NCBI GenBank assembly: GCA_009923685.1
Contig: RFTA01000001.1
Location: 1-58,187, forward strand
DNA: 58,187 bases
Direction: 5' to 3'
Source of the DNA: Actinomycetota bacterium
Lineage (GTDB): Bacteria > Actinomycetota > Acidimicrobiia > Acidimicrobiales > Ilumatobacteraceae
Part shown: positions 18,557-27,543 of the stretch, piece after piece
Layout: each line of letters opens with the position of its first letter
Position numbering within the stretch: position 1 is the stretch's first letter
The notes under the pieces: model-generated
Databases searched by the model: none
Told to the model about the DNA's origin: nothing
Seen by the model: the letters and a program-made list of their open reading frames with translations, nothing else
Position numbers and translations under genes: made by a program

Positions 18557-19750
18557 TTACGGCCGAATCAGCGCCGCCAACATCGCTTGAAACTTGGCCT
18601 GTGTCTCGGCCAACTCGCTCATCGGTTCGCTATCACCAACTATGCCACCGCCCGCAAACAGTCGGGCAGTGGTTCGCTCAGGGTCGAACTCAGCACAACG
18701 AATTGCAACCGCAAAAGTACCTTCGCCGCTTTGATTGAAATATCCGATTGCCCCGCCATAGCGTCCACGATTCATGCCCTCGACTTTTGCAATTTGATCA
18801 AGAGCTGCCTGCTTTGGTGCGCCGCCAAGTGCGGGTGTGGGTGAGAGTGCATATGCAAGATCAAGGACACTGGGGCGTGGTTCACTCAATTGGCCAGATA
18901 TTTCGGTACCAAGATGTTGAACGTTTGCAACCGCAACAATTGAAGGTTCGGGTTGCCAATCGAGAAACGAACACCACGGCAAAAGAGTGTCGTGAACCAT
19001 GTCGATAACGATGCGATGCTCGAGTTGATTTTTAGTACTGGCGACCAATTCGTTCGCTATTTTCTTGTCTGTTGCTGGATTCCCCGTTCGAGGTGCGGTG
19101 CCGGCTAATGGGTGACTTGATACTTGACTGCCGCTGACGTTGACCAGCAATTCAGGTGATGCGCCGACGAAACCGTCGAACGAATATCGATAGCTCGAAC
19201 CGAACGAAGTTTTTAGACGCTGCAAAATTGCACGTACGTCGAATTTTTGATCAGTGGTCACAAAAATATCACGGGCGATAACCGCTTTATCTAGTTTCTT
19301 TTCACGCACCGCCTGTGCGGTCGACCGCACGGCATCTAAATAGTGAGCAACAGCAACACCTTGCTTGACCGAAAACGTGGCTGCGAAATTTCGTTGCTCT
19401 GAAATCGTTTCGAACTCAATGGTCGAATCATCAATTGTTGTGCACCATTGCTGTCCGTCGGCAGTCTTGCCGATCAGTACGCGTGGAATAACGAATTCGT
19501 GTGGGTCGCTACTGATGAAGGGAATGCAGCCAATTGCTATCGGGCCGGCGCCCGAAATGCCACTCTGGTTGTCGTCAATGATTGCTCTCAGTCTTGATTC
19601 GACATGGTCGCGCCCGGCTCGCAGGGCTACACCGCGACCAGCAATACCGACACCGTCACGAACGAATAGATAGCCGTCATCGCCGGCGAAGTCGTTCAAA
19701 TCAATAGTTTGGTCAGTGACCGTCGAGAGTTTTCGAGTAGTTGATCTCAT
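18557..19750 (-). CDS. menF: isochorismate synthase
   Basis: Chorismate-binding C-terminus (GRYGGAIGY, FAGGGIV). The start was chosen at ATG 19748-19750, which shares 1 nt with the menG stop. The track ORF extends to 19825. Confidence 0.8.
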   Translation of the reverse strand: MRSTTRKLSTVTDQTIDLNDFAGDDGYLFVRDGVGIAGRGVALRAGRDHVESRLRAIIDDNQSGISGAGPIAIGCIPFISSDPHEFVIPRVLIGKTADGQQWCTTIDDSTIEFETISEQRNFAATFSVKQGVAVAHYLDAVRSTAQAVREKKLDKAVIARDIFVTTDQKFDVRAILQRLKTSFGSSYRYSFDGFVGASPELLVNVSGSQVSSHPLAGTAPRTGNPATDKKIANELVASTKNQLEHRIVIDMVHDTLLPWCSFLDWQPEPSIVAVANVQHLGTEISGQLSEPRPSVLDLAYALSPTPALGGAPKQAALDQIAKVEGMNRGRYGGAIGYFNQSGEGTFAVAIRCAEFDPERTTARLFAGGGIVGDSEPMSELAETQAKFQAMLAALIRP

Positions 19751-20502
19751 CAATTTCGAGTCGCGACAATTAACTGAGTCAAGCCGCCTGATAAATTTTT
19801 GTGCTCGGCGTCCGAGAAGCCACATTGTTTGAGCATCGTAATCAGCGCATCTGGCTTGGGTAGATATGCGACGCTTCGTGGCAAATATTTGTATGCGGCT
19901 CGATCAGATAGCAGTCCACCAATAATTGGAACGATACGACCGAAATAGATTTTGTTGCCGAACCGAATGAATGGATTCGTCGGCACACCAACATCGAGAA
20001 GAGCGATGCGTCCACCACGACGAGTTGCGCGAGCAAGTTCGATGAAAAACATCTGCAGGTTCTCGAGATTGCGTAGTGCGAAGCCACATGTAATGCCGTC
20101 GACGCATGAGTTAGGTATCGGTAATCTCAAGATGTCAACCTGGGTTCGTGGCGCCCCGCTTCTATCGGCACTCAACATGCCGTATGACAGATCCATTGAT
20201 ATGGGTTGATAGCCGTTTCGTTTGAGTTCGATACAAAGGTCACCCGTGCCGCTAGCGAGATCGAGTACGCGAGAGCCCCTCGGTAAGTTGAGTGCTGCAA
20301 CGGTTTTCTTTCGCCATCGCGTATCTAATCTGAAGGTCATAAGTCGATTTACGAAGTCGTATCTTGGGGCAATCGCATCGAACATCTCACGCACAGCCTC
20401 GACTTTTTCGACACCATTTGGCAGATCGTTGCGATCCCATTTCTTGCGCTTTTGCGTTGTATCTGCCACGTGTTTCAGGCTACGGGACAACGGCATTGGC
20501 AT
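19750..20502 (-). CDS. menG: demethylmenaquinone methyltransferase
   Basis: 250-aa UbiE/MenG signature FDAIAPRYDFVNRLMTF and SAM motif VLDLASGTGD. Confidence 0.85.
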   Translation of the reverse strand: MPMPLSRSLKHVADTTQKRKKWDRNDLPNGVEKVEAVREMFDAIAPRYDFVNRLMTFRLDTRWRKKTVAALNLPRGSRVLDLASGTGDLCIELKRNGYQPISMDLSYGMLSADRSGAPRTQVDILRLPIPNSCVDGITCGFALRNLENLQMFFIELARATRRGGRIALLDVGVPTNPFIRFGNKIYFGRIVPIIGGLLSDRAAYKYLPRSVAYLPKPDALITMLKQCGFSDAEHKNLSGGLTQLIVATRN

Positions 20503-20559
20503 GGTGAGTAACAGTTTTGTGACACATTTCTGTCAAACTGAGCAGAGGAGATACCTGCC

Positions 20560-21780
20560 GTGATTGATTTTTCGTTCTCGCCCGAAGTTGAAAGCGTTCG
20601 TATCAAGGTGCGCGAATTTATGGATACCGAAGTTCGCCCTCAATGGGATTCGATCGATCAAAAAGACCGCTCTCAAGTAGTTCGCGCAATTGTCAAGTTG
20701 CGAGGTCGAGCTCGAGATCATTGGAATCTGTGGTTGCCGCATATGCCCGCCGAATGGGGTGGTATGGGTCTTGGTCCAACTGCCATGGCTGCGGTGTCTG
20801 CTGAAGCGGCGAAAGTAAGCATCGGTCCATTTGTCTTGAATGCCCAAGCGCCTGACGAGGGCAACCAACACACGCTTTTGCATTGGGCAACTGACGAGCA
20901 GAAAGAAAAATATCTACGACCACTTTGTGAGGGAACGTCGCGAAGTTGCTTTGCGATGACCGAACCCGAAGTCGCTGGTAGCGACCCAACTTTGATTAAA
21001 ACCCAGGCCTACCAAGATGGTGACGAGTGGGTGATCAACGGACACAAGTGGTTTATTTCGGGTGCGCGAGGTGCTCAATTTGCATTGTTGGTTGCGCGCA
21101 CCGAAGATAATCCTGATTTACCTCAGGCAGCAAACTCGTGTTTCATCGTTGACATACCGAGCGAAGGTTTTAATATCGTACGCGACGTCGAGACGATGTC
21201 AGGTGGTCACAATCATTGCGAAATTTTGATTGAAGACCTTCGCGTTCCCGCAAAAAATATGTTGGGTGGTCGTGGTCAAGGTCATTTGCTTGGTCAATAT
21301 CGACTCGGACCCGCTCGCTTAGCCCATTGCATGCGTTGGATCGGTCAGGCTGAGATCGCACTTGACATGATGGTCGATCGTGCTTTGAAACGCTATTCGC
21401 ATGGTTCGATTCTGGCCGAAAAGCAGGGTATTCAGTGGTTGATCGCCGACTCGTCAATGGAGCTTTATCAGTGCAAACTTATGGTGTTGCACGCCGCATA
21501 CAAAATCGAGAACGGTCAGAGTTTCACGTCAGAAGTTTCAATGGCAAAACACTTTGTCGCCAACAGTTTGTGGAGAATCATCGATCGGGCGATTCAAGTA
21601 CACGGCGCACTCGGCTACTCAACAGACACCCCGCTTGCCCATATGTTGCAGCAAGCACGTTGGAGTCGTTTCGCCGATGGCGCCGACGAAATTCATCAGA
21701 TGCGAATTGCTCAACGCACGATCGCGGCTTTCAAAGATCATGGCTCGACAAAATCAGCGACAGGAGATCTTCCATTATGA
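20560..21780 (+). CDS. acyl-CoA dehydrogenase
   Basis: 406 aa with CFAMTEPEVAGSDP and a C-terminal catalytic region (QVHGALGY). A strong AGAGGAG RBS precedes GTG 20560. Confidence 0.85.
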   Translation: MIDFSFSPEVESVRIKVREFMDTEVRPQWDSIDQKDRSQVVRAIVKLRGRARDHWNLWLPHMPAEWGGMGLGPTAMAAVSAEAAKVSIGPFVLNAQAPDEGNQHTLLHWATDEQKEKYLRPLCEGTSRSCFAMTEPEVAGSDPTLIKTQAYQDGDEWVINGHKWFISGARGAQFALLVARTEDNPDLPQAANSCFIVDIPSEGFNIVRDVETMSGGHNHCEILIEDLRVPAKNMLGGRGQGHLLGQYRLGPARLAHCMRWIGQAEIALDMMVDRALKRYSHGSILAEKQGIQWLIADSSMELYQCKLMVLHAAYKIENGQSFTSEVSMAKHFVANSLWRIIDRAIQVHGALGYSTDTPLAHMLQQARWSRFADGADEIHQMRIAQRTIAAFKDHGSTKSATGDLPL

Positions 21781-22745
21781 TCAGCAAAACCGACACGACC
21801 TTCGGAGTTTTTATTCCACAAGGTTGGAAGATGGAACTAGTGTCGATCGCCGACCCGGTAGCAAAATGGAACAAGGCCGTCGAAATTGCACAGTTGGCCG
21901 AAAAACTCGGATTCGATTCGGTTTGGGTATACGACCACTTTCATAATGTGCCGCGTCCCGCTCATGAGGCGGTATTTGAATGCTGGACCGTGATGGCCGC
22001 TATCAGTCAGCGCACCACAAAAATCAGACTCGGTCAGATGGTGGGTTGCAACCTATATCGCGAACCAAGTTTGTTGGCAAAGATCACCTCGACACTTGAT
22101 GTGATTTCTGGGGGTCGACTTGATTGGGGTATCGGCGCCGGCTGGTATGAAAACGAATGTCGTGGCTATGGCTACGACTTTCCTGAGCCCAAGGTACGAA
22201 TCGCAATGTTGCGCGAGTGTGTTGAAATCGTTCGTTCAATGTGGACTCAAGAAGAGACCAATTACTCGGGAAGGTATTACAACCTGGTGCGCGGCAATTG
22301 TGATCCAAAACCACTTCAAAAACCACACCCACCAATTTGGATCGGTGGTGGCGGAGAACAACTGACGCTCAGAGTCGTCGCCCGCTATGCCGATTGCTCA
22401 AATTTTGGTGGCAGCCCTGAAGAGTTCGCTCGTAAACGAGAAATTTTGAAAGGTCATTGTGCGGCAGTCGGTCGTGACGAATCAGCGATTCGCAAGACAT
22501 GGTCTCCGGACGTTTTTATTCGTCGAACTGAAAAAGAGATCAAAGCGGCAGGCTCATTGAGTTTGCGCGCAGATCCGGTTGACGAGTGGCAGAAAAACAA
22601 TCTCGTCGGTACCGTCGAGCAGGTCACTGAGAAAGTTCAAAAATATATCGATCTCGGTTGTAGCGGTTTTATACCGTGGTGCGCCGACTACCCGAGTTCA
22701 GAAACTGTTGAATTGTTTGCCGAAGTGATGAACAACTTCAGATGA
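21777..22745 (+). CDS. LLM-class (luciferase-like) F420-dependent oxidoreductase
   Basis: ATG 21777 forms an ATGA overlap with the ACAD stop. The N-terminus FGVFIPQGWKMEL and the motif FDSVWVYDH are typical of the actinobacterial F420-dependent LLM family. The track ORF (21435) carries a spurious N-terminal extension. Confidence 0.8.
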   Translation: MISKTDTTFGVFIPQGWKMELVSIADPVAKWNKAVEIAQLAEKLGFDSVWVYDHFHNVPRPAHEAVFECWTVMAAISQRTTKIRLGQMVGCNLYREPSLLAKITSTLDVISGGRLDWGIGAGWYENECRGYGYDFPEPKVRIAMLRECVEIVRSMWTQEETNYSGRYYNLVRGNCDPKPLQKPHPPIWIGGGGEQLTLRVVARYADCSNFGGSPEEFARKREILKGHCAAVGRDESAIRKTWSPDVFIRRTEKEIKAAGSLSLRADPVDEWQKNNLVGTVEQVTEKVQKYIDLGCSGFIPWCADYPSSETVELFAEVMNNFR

Positions 22746-22756
22746 ACCACCCGCGG

Positions 22757-23215
22757 TTATAGGTAGTAGCGAAAAACAACTTCAGCCACGCAAGAGGGTT
22801 TCTTTGCGCCCTCGCATTCGAAAGTTGTTTCGAGTGTTACTTGCACGCCACCAGCTACATCTTCAACGTTCAAGAGTTTGACGCCGGCACGAAGTTTCGA
22901 ACCGACAGGCACCGGCGACGGAAATCGAACTTTGTTTGTGCCGTAGTTGACGCCCATTGCCACACCTTCGACCCCGAATATCTGTGGCAAGAAAACTGGA
23001 CCAAGCGAGAGAGTCAAATATCCGTGGGCGATTGGTCCACCAAATGGGCCCGCCTTTGCTCGTTCGACGTCGATGTGGATCCATTGATGATCGCCCGTCG
23101 CATCAGCGAACAAGTTAACTTGCTCTTGGGTGATCGTCAGATAATCGGAGTAGCCAAGATGGTTGCCCACTTGGCTTTTTAGTTCATCGATACTTTTAAT
23201 TATGAGTTTTGCCAT
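22757..23215 (-). CDS. MaoC-like (R)-hydratase/dehydratase
   Basis: 152-aa hot-dog fold with the motif FADATGDHQWIHIDVERA..GPFGGPIAHG. Confidence 0.85.
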   Translation of the reverse strand: MAKLIIKSIDELKSQVGNHLGYSDYLTITQEQVNLFADATGDHQWIHIDVERAKAGPFGGPIAHGYLTLSLGPVFLPQIFGVEGVAMGVNYGTNKVRFPSPVPVGSKLRAGVKLLNVEDVAGGVQVTLETTFECEGAKKPSCVAEVVFRYYL

Positions 23216-23257
23216 GAACCAAGTGTGGCAGGCATTCGGTCGCCACGACGAACTGAA

Positions 23258-23698
23258 TTAGCGATACCAAATTTTTTGGTGGCTTCGACTTTGGGGATGC
23301 AGAATCAGCGCACACAAGGCGATCTCGAAAATCAAACTCAGGGTGCTTCCGCCACTCAACTTGCGATAAAGCGAAGACGCAATGCCGCTGGTGTTCTCGA
23401 GGTCTGAATAAGCCCAGAAGCGTAAGACGAATGGCGAAAAAGCCGCTGCGATCGCGAACTTGTAACCCAATTTTAAGTCGTTTGCCATGAACAATCCCGA
23501 CAGTGCATGCAGTGCGACCACTAAAAGGCCAACGATCAGACCTACGCCAAATCGGTTGCGAATATAACCCAAATAATCGGTCGAGTCGATAACGCTTATC
23601 AATGCAAAAAATCCGTTCAGATAAAGCAACATCGCCGCAATTTGCAGAGTCTGTGGTTGCATGCGGTCAAACCATTTGCGCCAATCAATACTTAGCAT
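23258..23698 (-). CDS. small integral membrane protein (about 4 TM), unknown function
   Basis: 146-aa ORF with four hydrophobic stretches. No recognisable motif. Confidence 0.5.
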   Translation of the reverse strand: MLSIDWRKWFDRMQPQTLQIAAMLLYLNGFFALISVIDSTDYLGYIRNRFGVGLIVGLLVVALHALSGLFMANDLKLGYKFAIAAAFSPFVLRFWAYSDLENTSGIASSLYRKLSGGSTLSLIFEIALCALILHPQSRSHQKIWYR

Positions 23699-23746
23699 TA
23701 TTCAATTGTGGCAGATCGTCGCGGTCTTAATCGGTAGCCTTCAGTC

Positions 23747-24586
23747 GTGCGTAGCGCCTTTATTTCTTTGGTCGGACGACCGAATGTCGGAAAGTCGACG
23801 TTGCTAAACGCTTTGATCGGCAAGAAGGTGAGCATCGTCTCGAACAAGCCACAAACAACACGAACTCGCGTTCGTGGCATTTTGAACAAGGGCGACGCTC
23901 AATTGGTATTTGTCGATACGCCTGGTCTTCATAAAGCTACGACAGCGCTCGGTGAACGAGTCAATGCGACTGCTCTCGAGTCGATGCGTGATGTTGACAT
24001 CGTTTGTCTGTTGATAGATGCGACGCAAACATTCGGCACAGGTGACAAGTGGGTGAGCGAGCAACTTGACGTTCGAAAAGCAATCGTTGTGATCAACAAA
24101 ATCGATGCTGTTTCGCCGGCCAAACTTCTTGCTCAATTGAGCTCGATTTCGTCTTTGGGCGCCGCCGAGTATTTTCCGGTGTCGGCAAAAACTGGCGAGG
24201 GTGTCGAGCAGTTGGTCGCCGAATTAGTCAAACGCGCACCAATTGGTCAAGCGATGTATCCACCAGAGATGACATCTGAAACGCCGCAAGCCCAGTGGGT
24301 TGCCGAACTTGTGCGCGAACAGTTGCTGTTAGTCACCCGAGACGAATTGCCTTATTCGATTGCCACGCGTGTCACCGAATGGGAGTGGCCGCGGGTTCGC
24401 TGCGAAATAGTTGTCGAGCGCGAAAGCCAAAAAGGCATGGTCATCGGCAAATCAGGCAGTGTTCTCAAGTCGGTTGGCACCGAAGTTCGCAAACAAATGC
24501 CCGATGGCGCGTTCTTAGAACTCTTTGTAGTTGTCGACAAAGACTGGCAACATCGTGCCGACCGCGTCGAACGCCTCGGCTACTAG
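23747..24586 (+). CDS. era: GTPase Era
   Basis: G1 GRPNVGKST, G3 DTPG, G4 NKID, and a C-terminal KH domain (VIGKSGSVLK). GTG start. Confidence 0.9.
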   Translation: MRSAFISLVGRPNVGKSTLLNALIGKKVSIVSNKPQTTRTRVRGILNKGDAQLVFVDTPGLHKATTALGERVNATALESMRDVDIVCLLIDATQTFGTGDKWVSEQLDVRKAIVVINKIDAVSPAKLLAQLSSISSLGAAEYFPVSAKTGEGVEQLVAELVKRAPIGQAMYPPEMTSETPQAQWVAELVREQLLLVTRDELPYSIATRVTEWEWPRVRCEIVVERESQKGMVIGKSGSVLKSVGTEVRKQMPDGAFLELFVVVDKDWQHRADRVERLGY

Positions 24587-24595
24587 TTCGAGTTG

Positions 24596-25222
24596 TTAGC
24601 CGGCAAGGGCGACAAGTAGAGACGAGTAGTCGTCGAAACTTACGGTAGTTCCAGGTTTTGCCAGGTCTCCGCGTCCACGTGGCACGGCAACGTTTTGTCC
24701 ATCAACGGTAAACACAACCTGTCCGACCCCGGGTCGTCGAGTAAATGTCAACACCAATTGCGCAATCGCTAGTCGTTGATCAATCGGAGAGAGTTCACTC
24801 AAGAATTGTGCGTTGGTATCGATTTGCGCGATTCCTTTAGAGATCTGAATCGTGGCGTTTAGCGATGTCGGCAGGGCGCTGCGCAAACCAAATCCGTTGT
24901 CGCCTGATGGCGGCCCGGCGACCAATGCCGCCAAAACTTGCGAGGTGGTGGCTGGGCTGACGATTGATTGAATTGTGGCCACGACACGATTTGCGCTGAT
25001 GTAATAAAGTTCAACGGGCTCTGAAACCACTTCAACCAATGATGATGCTGTGTCTTTCGCAGAAGTGCCCGCAACAACTGTCGTAGACGTCGAAGTTGTC
25101 GTAGTTTGTTCGCCGAGTTCGAGTGGCAGTTCTGATTGCGAGAGATTTTCGACATTGCTGCTACTCGGCACGCCACAACTGCTAGTGACCAAAAGCAAGA
25201 CAACGCCGATTGTGCGCCTCAT
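24596..25222 (-). CDS. GerMN-domain lipoprotein (short LpqB-like)
   Basis: 208 aa with a signal peptide and lipobox-like LLVTSSC. A Ser/Thr-rich linker is followed by a GerMN-like domain. Its start overlaps the stop of the upstream histidine kinase, as in mtrB-lpqB operons. Confidence 0.6.
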   Translation of the reverse strand: MRRTIGVVLLLVTSSCGVPSSSNVENLSQSELPLELGEQTTTTSTSTTVVAGTSAKDTASSLVEVVSEPVELYYISANRVVATIQSIVSPATTSQVLAALVAGPPSGDNGFGLRSALPTSLNATIQISKGIAQIDTNAQFLSELSPIDQRLAIAQLVLTFTRRPGVGQVVFTVDGQNVAVPRGRGDLAKPGTTVSFDDYSSLLVALAG

Positions 25223-26685
25223 GAGTCGCCTTTGCTCGCATCACTTGACGAATTTCGTTTGACGGTCACAACGAATCTGGCCCCGCCATTGCTATTTGTC
25301 TCGACCCAAGTTTTGCCGCCGAGGGCGCGTGCGTGCTCTTGCACAATTGCCAAACCGAGACCGCTTCCGGTGCTGTTACGCGACGCCGTTCCACGCGCAA
25401 AGCGATCGAAAATTCGTTCTCGCTCGCTTTCGGCGACGCCTGCGCCAGCATCGTCTACGCAGATGCGAAATTCGTTTTGACCGCCGATCACTGATAAAGC
25501 GGTCGCTCCGCCTGCGTGGTCGCGGGCGTTTTCAAGCAGGTTCAACACGATCCGCTCAATGCGTCGCTTATCAAGAACGGTTGAGTCGCTCGAATCAACC
25601 GTTGAGGCAAAAGCGACTTCACCAAAGCCGTGTCGTTGTGCGACTCGCTTGACCAAGTCAGCGAGATTCACGTTCTCTTCTTGAGATTTGCCCGCACCTG
25701 CGTCGAGGCGCGAGAGTTCGAGCAAATCGAGCACGGTACGGTCGAAACGCTGCACTTGGCCAGCAATAATGTCGAATGCTTGCTTGTTGCGGTCGCTGAG
25801 GTCGTCGCGTCGGCCCTGCAAAACTTCGACGGCAGCGGCGAGAGCCGTGATCGGAGATCTCAGTTCATGGCTGACATCGCTGGCGAATCTGGTTTCTCTC
25901 TGAATGCGAGTTTGCACGGCATCAACCATGTTGTTGAATGAATTCGCAAGTCTTGCGAGTTCGGGGTCTCGTTCATCTTCGAGCCGCGCATCAAGACCAC
26001 CCGATGCGATATCGGTGGCGACGGTTGCAACTCGGCGCAATGGTCGTAAAACACTGTTGCTGCTAGAAAAACCAAAAATACCTCCGGCGATCGTGATCAA
26101 GATAATGCCGAATGTGAGAGTGGTGCGAATTGTATTGAGTGTTCGTTCAACGTCTGTCAACGGAAACGCCTCGAAATAATGTCCCGATATCGCTGCGATT
26201 GAGATGCCGAGGGCTTCGTATGGTTCGCCATTGAACTCAAACCTCTGTCGAGAACTTTGCCCAGCCAAAGTCTTTGCCAAAAGTTCGCTCGGCAGGTTTG
26301 ATTGGGTGAACCGCAGCGGTTCTTGTGCGAAAAATGATTCGGCGGCGACCAAGTGCAGAACCGCATAACCGCCTTTTTCGGTGCGAATGTTTGTGACGAT
26401 GTCGCCTGCGTCTTGAGGGCTGACACCAACAAGTGTGCGCAACAACTGAGCATTGTTGATTGCTTGACTTGTCGCGAGTTCAGATCGTTGATCAAGCAGA
26501 TATGCACGTGTCGAGGCGTAGGTAACGATGCTCAACGAAACTGCGGCGGCAAATGCGCTGATGCTGAAGTAAAGCAACATGCGACCTCTTAGGCCACGCA
26601 ACCCATCAATGCTGTTTTTTATTCGGGCGATTTGGGCGGAGGGCCAATTTATATTCGACTCGTCAGTTGCTGAATTGACCTGCAC
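25219..26685 (-). CDS. mtrB: sensor histidine kinase, MtrB-like (2 TM, HAMP, HisKA, HATPase)
   Basis: 488 aa with H-box SHELRSPIT, N-box NLLENARDH, and G-boxes DDAGAG / GSGLGLAIV. GTG start. Confidence 0.75.
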   Translation of the reverse strand: MQVNSATDESNINWPSAQIARIKNSIDGLRGLRGRMLLYFSISAFAAAVSLSIVTYASTRAYLLDQRSELATSQAINNAQLLRTLVGVSPQDAGDIVTNIRTEKGGYAVLHLVAAESFFAQEPLRFTQSNLPSELLAKTLAGQSSRQRFEFNGEPYEALGISIAAISGHYFEAFPLTDVERTLNTIRTTLTFGIILITIAGGIFGFSSSNSVLRPLRRVATVATDIASGGLDARLEDERDPELARLANSFNNMVDAVQTRIQRETRFASDVSHELRSPITALAAAVEVLQGRRDDLSDRNKQAFDIIAGQVQRFDRTVLDLLELSRLDAGAGKSQEENVNLADLVKRVAQRHGFGEVAFASTVDSSDSTVLDKRRIERIVLNLLENARDHAGGATALSVIGGQNEFRICVDDAGAGVAESERERIFDRFARGTASRNSTGSGLGLAIVQEHARALGGKTWVETNSNGGARFVVTVKRNSSSDASKGDS

Positions 26686-26713
26686 ACCTTAAGCATTGCG
26701 GGAATTTCGCCAA

Positions 26714-26758
26714 CCCCCACCGGCGGGAGCCAAGGGGGAGCATGGCATCCCGCCGGTG
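26714..26758. promoter_or_regulatory. GC-rich perfect inverted repeat (stable hairpin) in the divergent mtrB / mtrA intergenic region
   Basis: CACCGGCGGGA (26718-26728) pairs perfectly with TCCCGCCGGTG (26748-26758). The stem can extend through GCCA/TGGC with a 1-nt bulge. The flanking CCCCC (26714-18) can pair alternatively with the loop GGGGG (26734-38). Confidence 0.6.
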
Positions 26759-26853
26759 TGACATCTCAATATTGCTCGGCTTGTTTGACGGAACCCCGAT
26801 AAATCTGTGACATTCTGGTAACAAAATCGAACTTCGGGGCAGAATAGAGAATC

Positions 26854-27543
26854 GTGCAGACCTTGCTATTCATTGAAGACGATCGCGACATTCGCGCCGC
26901 ATTAAGACTCGCGCTTGAAGATGAGGGATATAAAGTTCTCGAGGCCATTGATGGTGATTCTGGATTGAAAATCTTTTCGTCTGAAGTGGTTGATCTGGTG
27001 TTACTTGATTTGCGATTGCCCGATATGTCTGGCTTTGATGTTTGTCGCGATCTTCGTCGCAAGAGTCTTGTACCGATAATCATGGTCACTGCACAAACAG
27101 ACACCCATGATTTGGTTGCTGGTCTAGAGGCGGGCGCCGATGATTACGTGACAAAACCAGTCGTTGCAAAAGAACTCGCCGCACGCATCAGAGCCGCGCT
27201 AAGACGCACAACGCAAATGTCGGTCAACTCGTCAAGTCTCGATCGATTCAAAGTGCGCGACATTGAAATTCGAAGCGATCAAGGTGTTGTGCTGAAAAAT
27301 GACGCCGAGATTCCGCTGACGAAGACCGAATATCGTCTGTTGCACGTTTTCATCGAGAATGCAAACAAAGTCTTGTCGCGCGATCAATTGCTCGAACTCG
27401 TCTGGGGATACGAATATCTTGGTGATAGTCGCTTGGTTGATGCGCACATCAGGCGACTTCGATTAAAAATTGAAGATGTGCCTGATGAACCGCAAATTGT
27501 TGTGACGGTGAGAGGTATGGGCTACCGACTCTTGACTGCGTGA
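26854..27543 (+). CDS. mtrA: OmpR-family response regulator, MtrA-like
   Basis: 229 aa with a receiver domain (LLDLRLPDMSG, TAQTD, ADDYVTKP) and a winged-helix domain (LTKTEYRLL, VRGMGYRL). GTG start. Confidence 0.8.
   Translation: MQTLLFIEDDRDIRAALRLALEDEGYKVLEAIDGDSGLKIFSSEVVDLVLLDLRLPDMSGFDVCRDLRRKSLVPIIMVTAQTDTHDLVAGLEAGADDYVTKPVVAKELAARIRAALRRTTQMSVNSSSLDRFKVRDIEIRSDQGVVLKNDAEIPLTKTEYRLLHVFIENANKVLSRDQLLELVWGYEYLGDSRLVDAHIRRLRLKIEDVPDEPQIVVTVRGMGYRLLTA

Noticed and set aside
21435-21776. 114-codon N-terminal extension of the LLM oxidoreductase ORF
   Set aside because: It lies entirely inside the acyl-CoA dehydrogenase gene in another frame and is Arg/Ser-rich. The ATGA-coupled start at 21777 gives a normal LLM N-terminus.
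26766-27104. 112-aa minus-strand ORF overlapping the response-regulator start, which could have been a small gene upstream of the kinase
   Set aside because: Most of it is antisense to the conserved receiver domain, it is Ser/Arg-rich, and it has no RBS.
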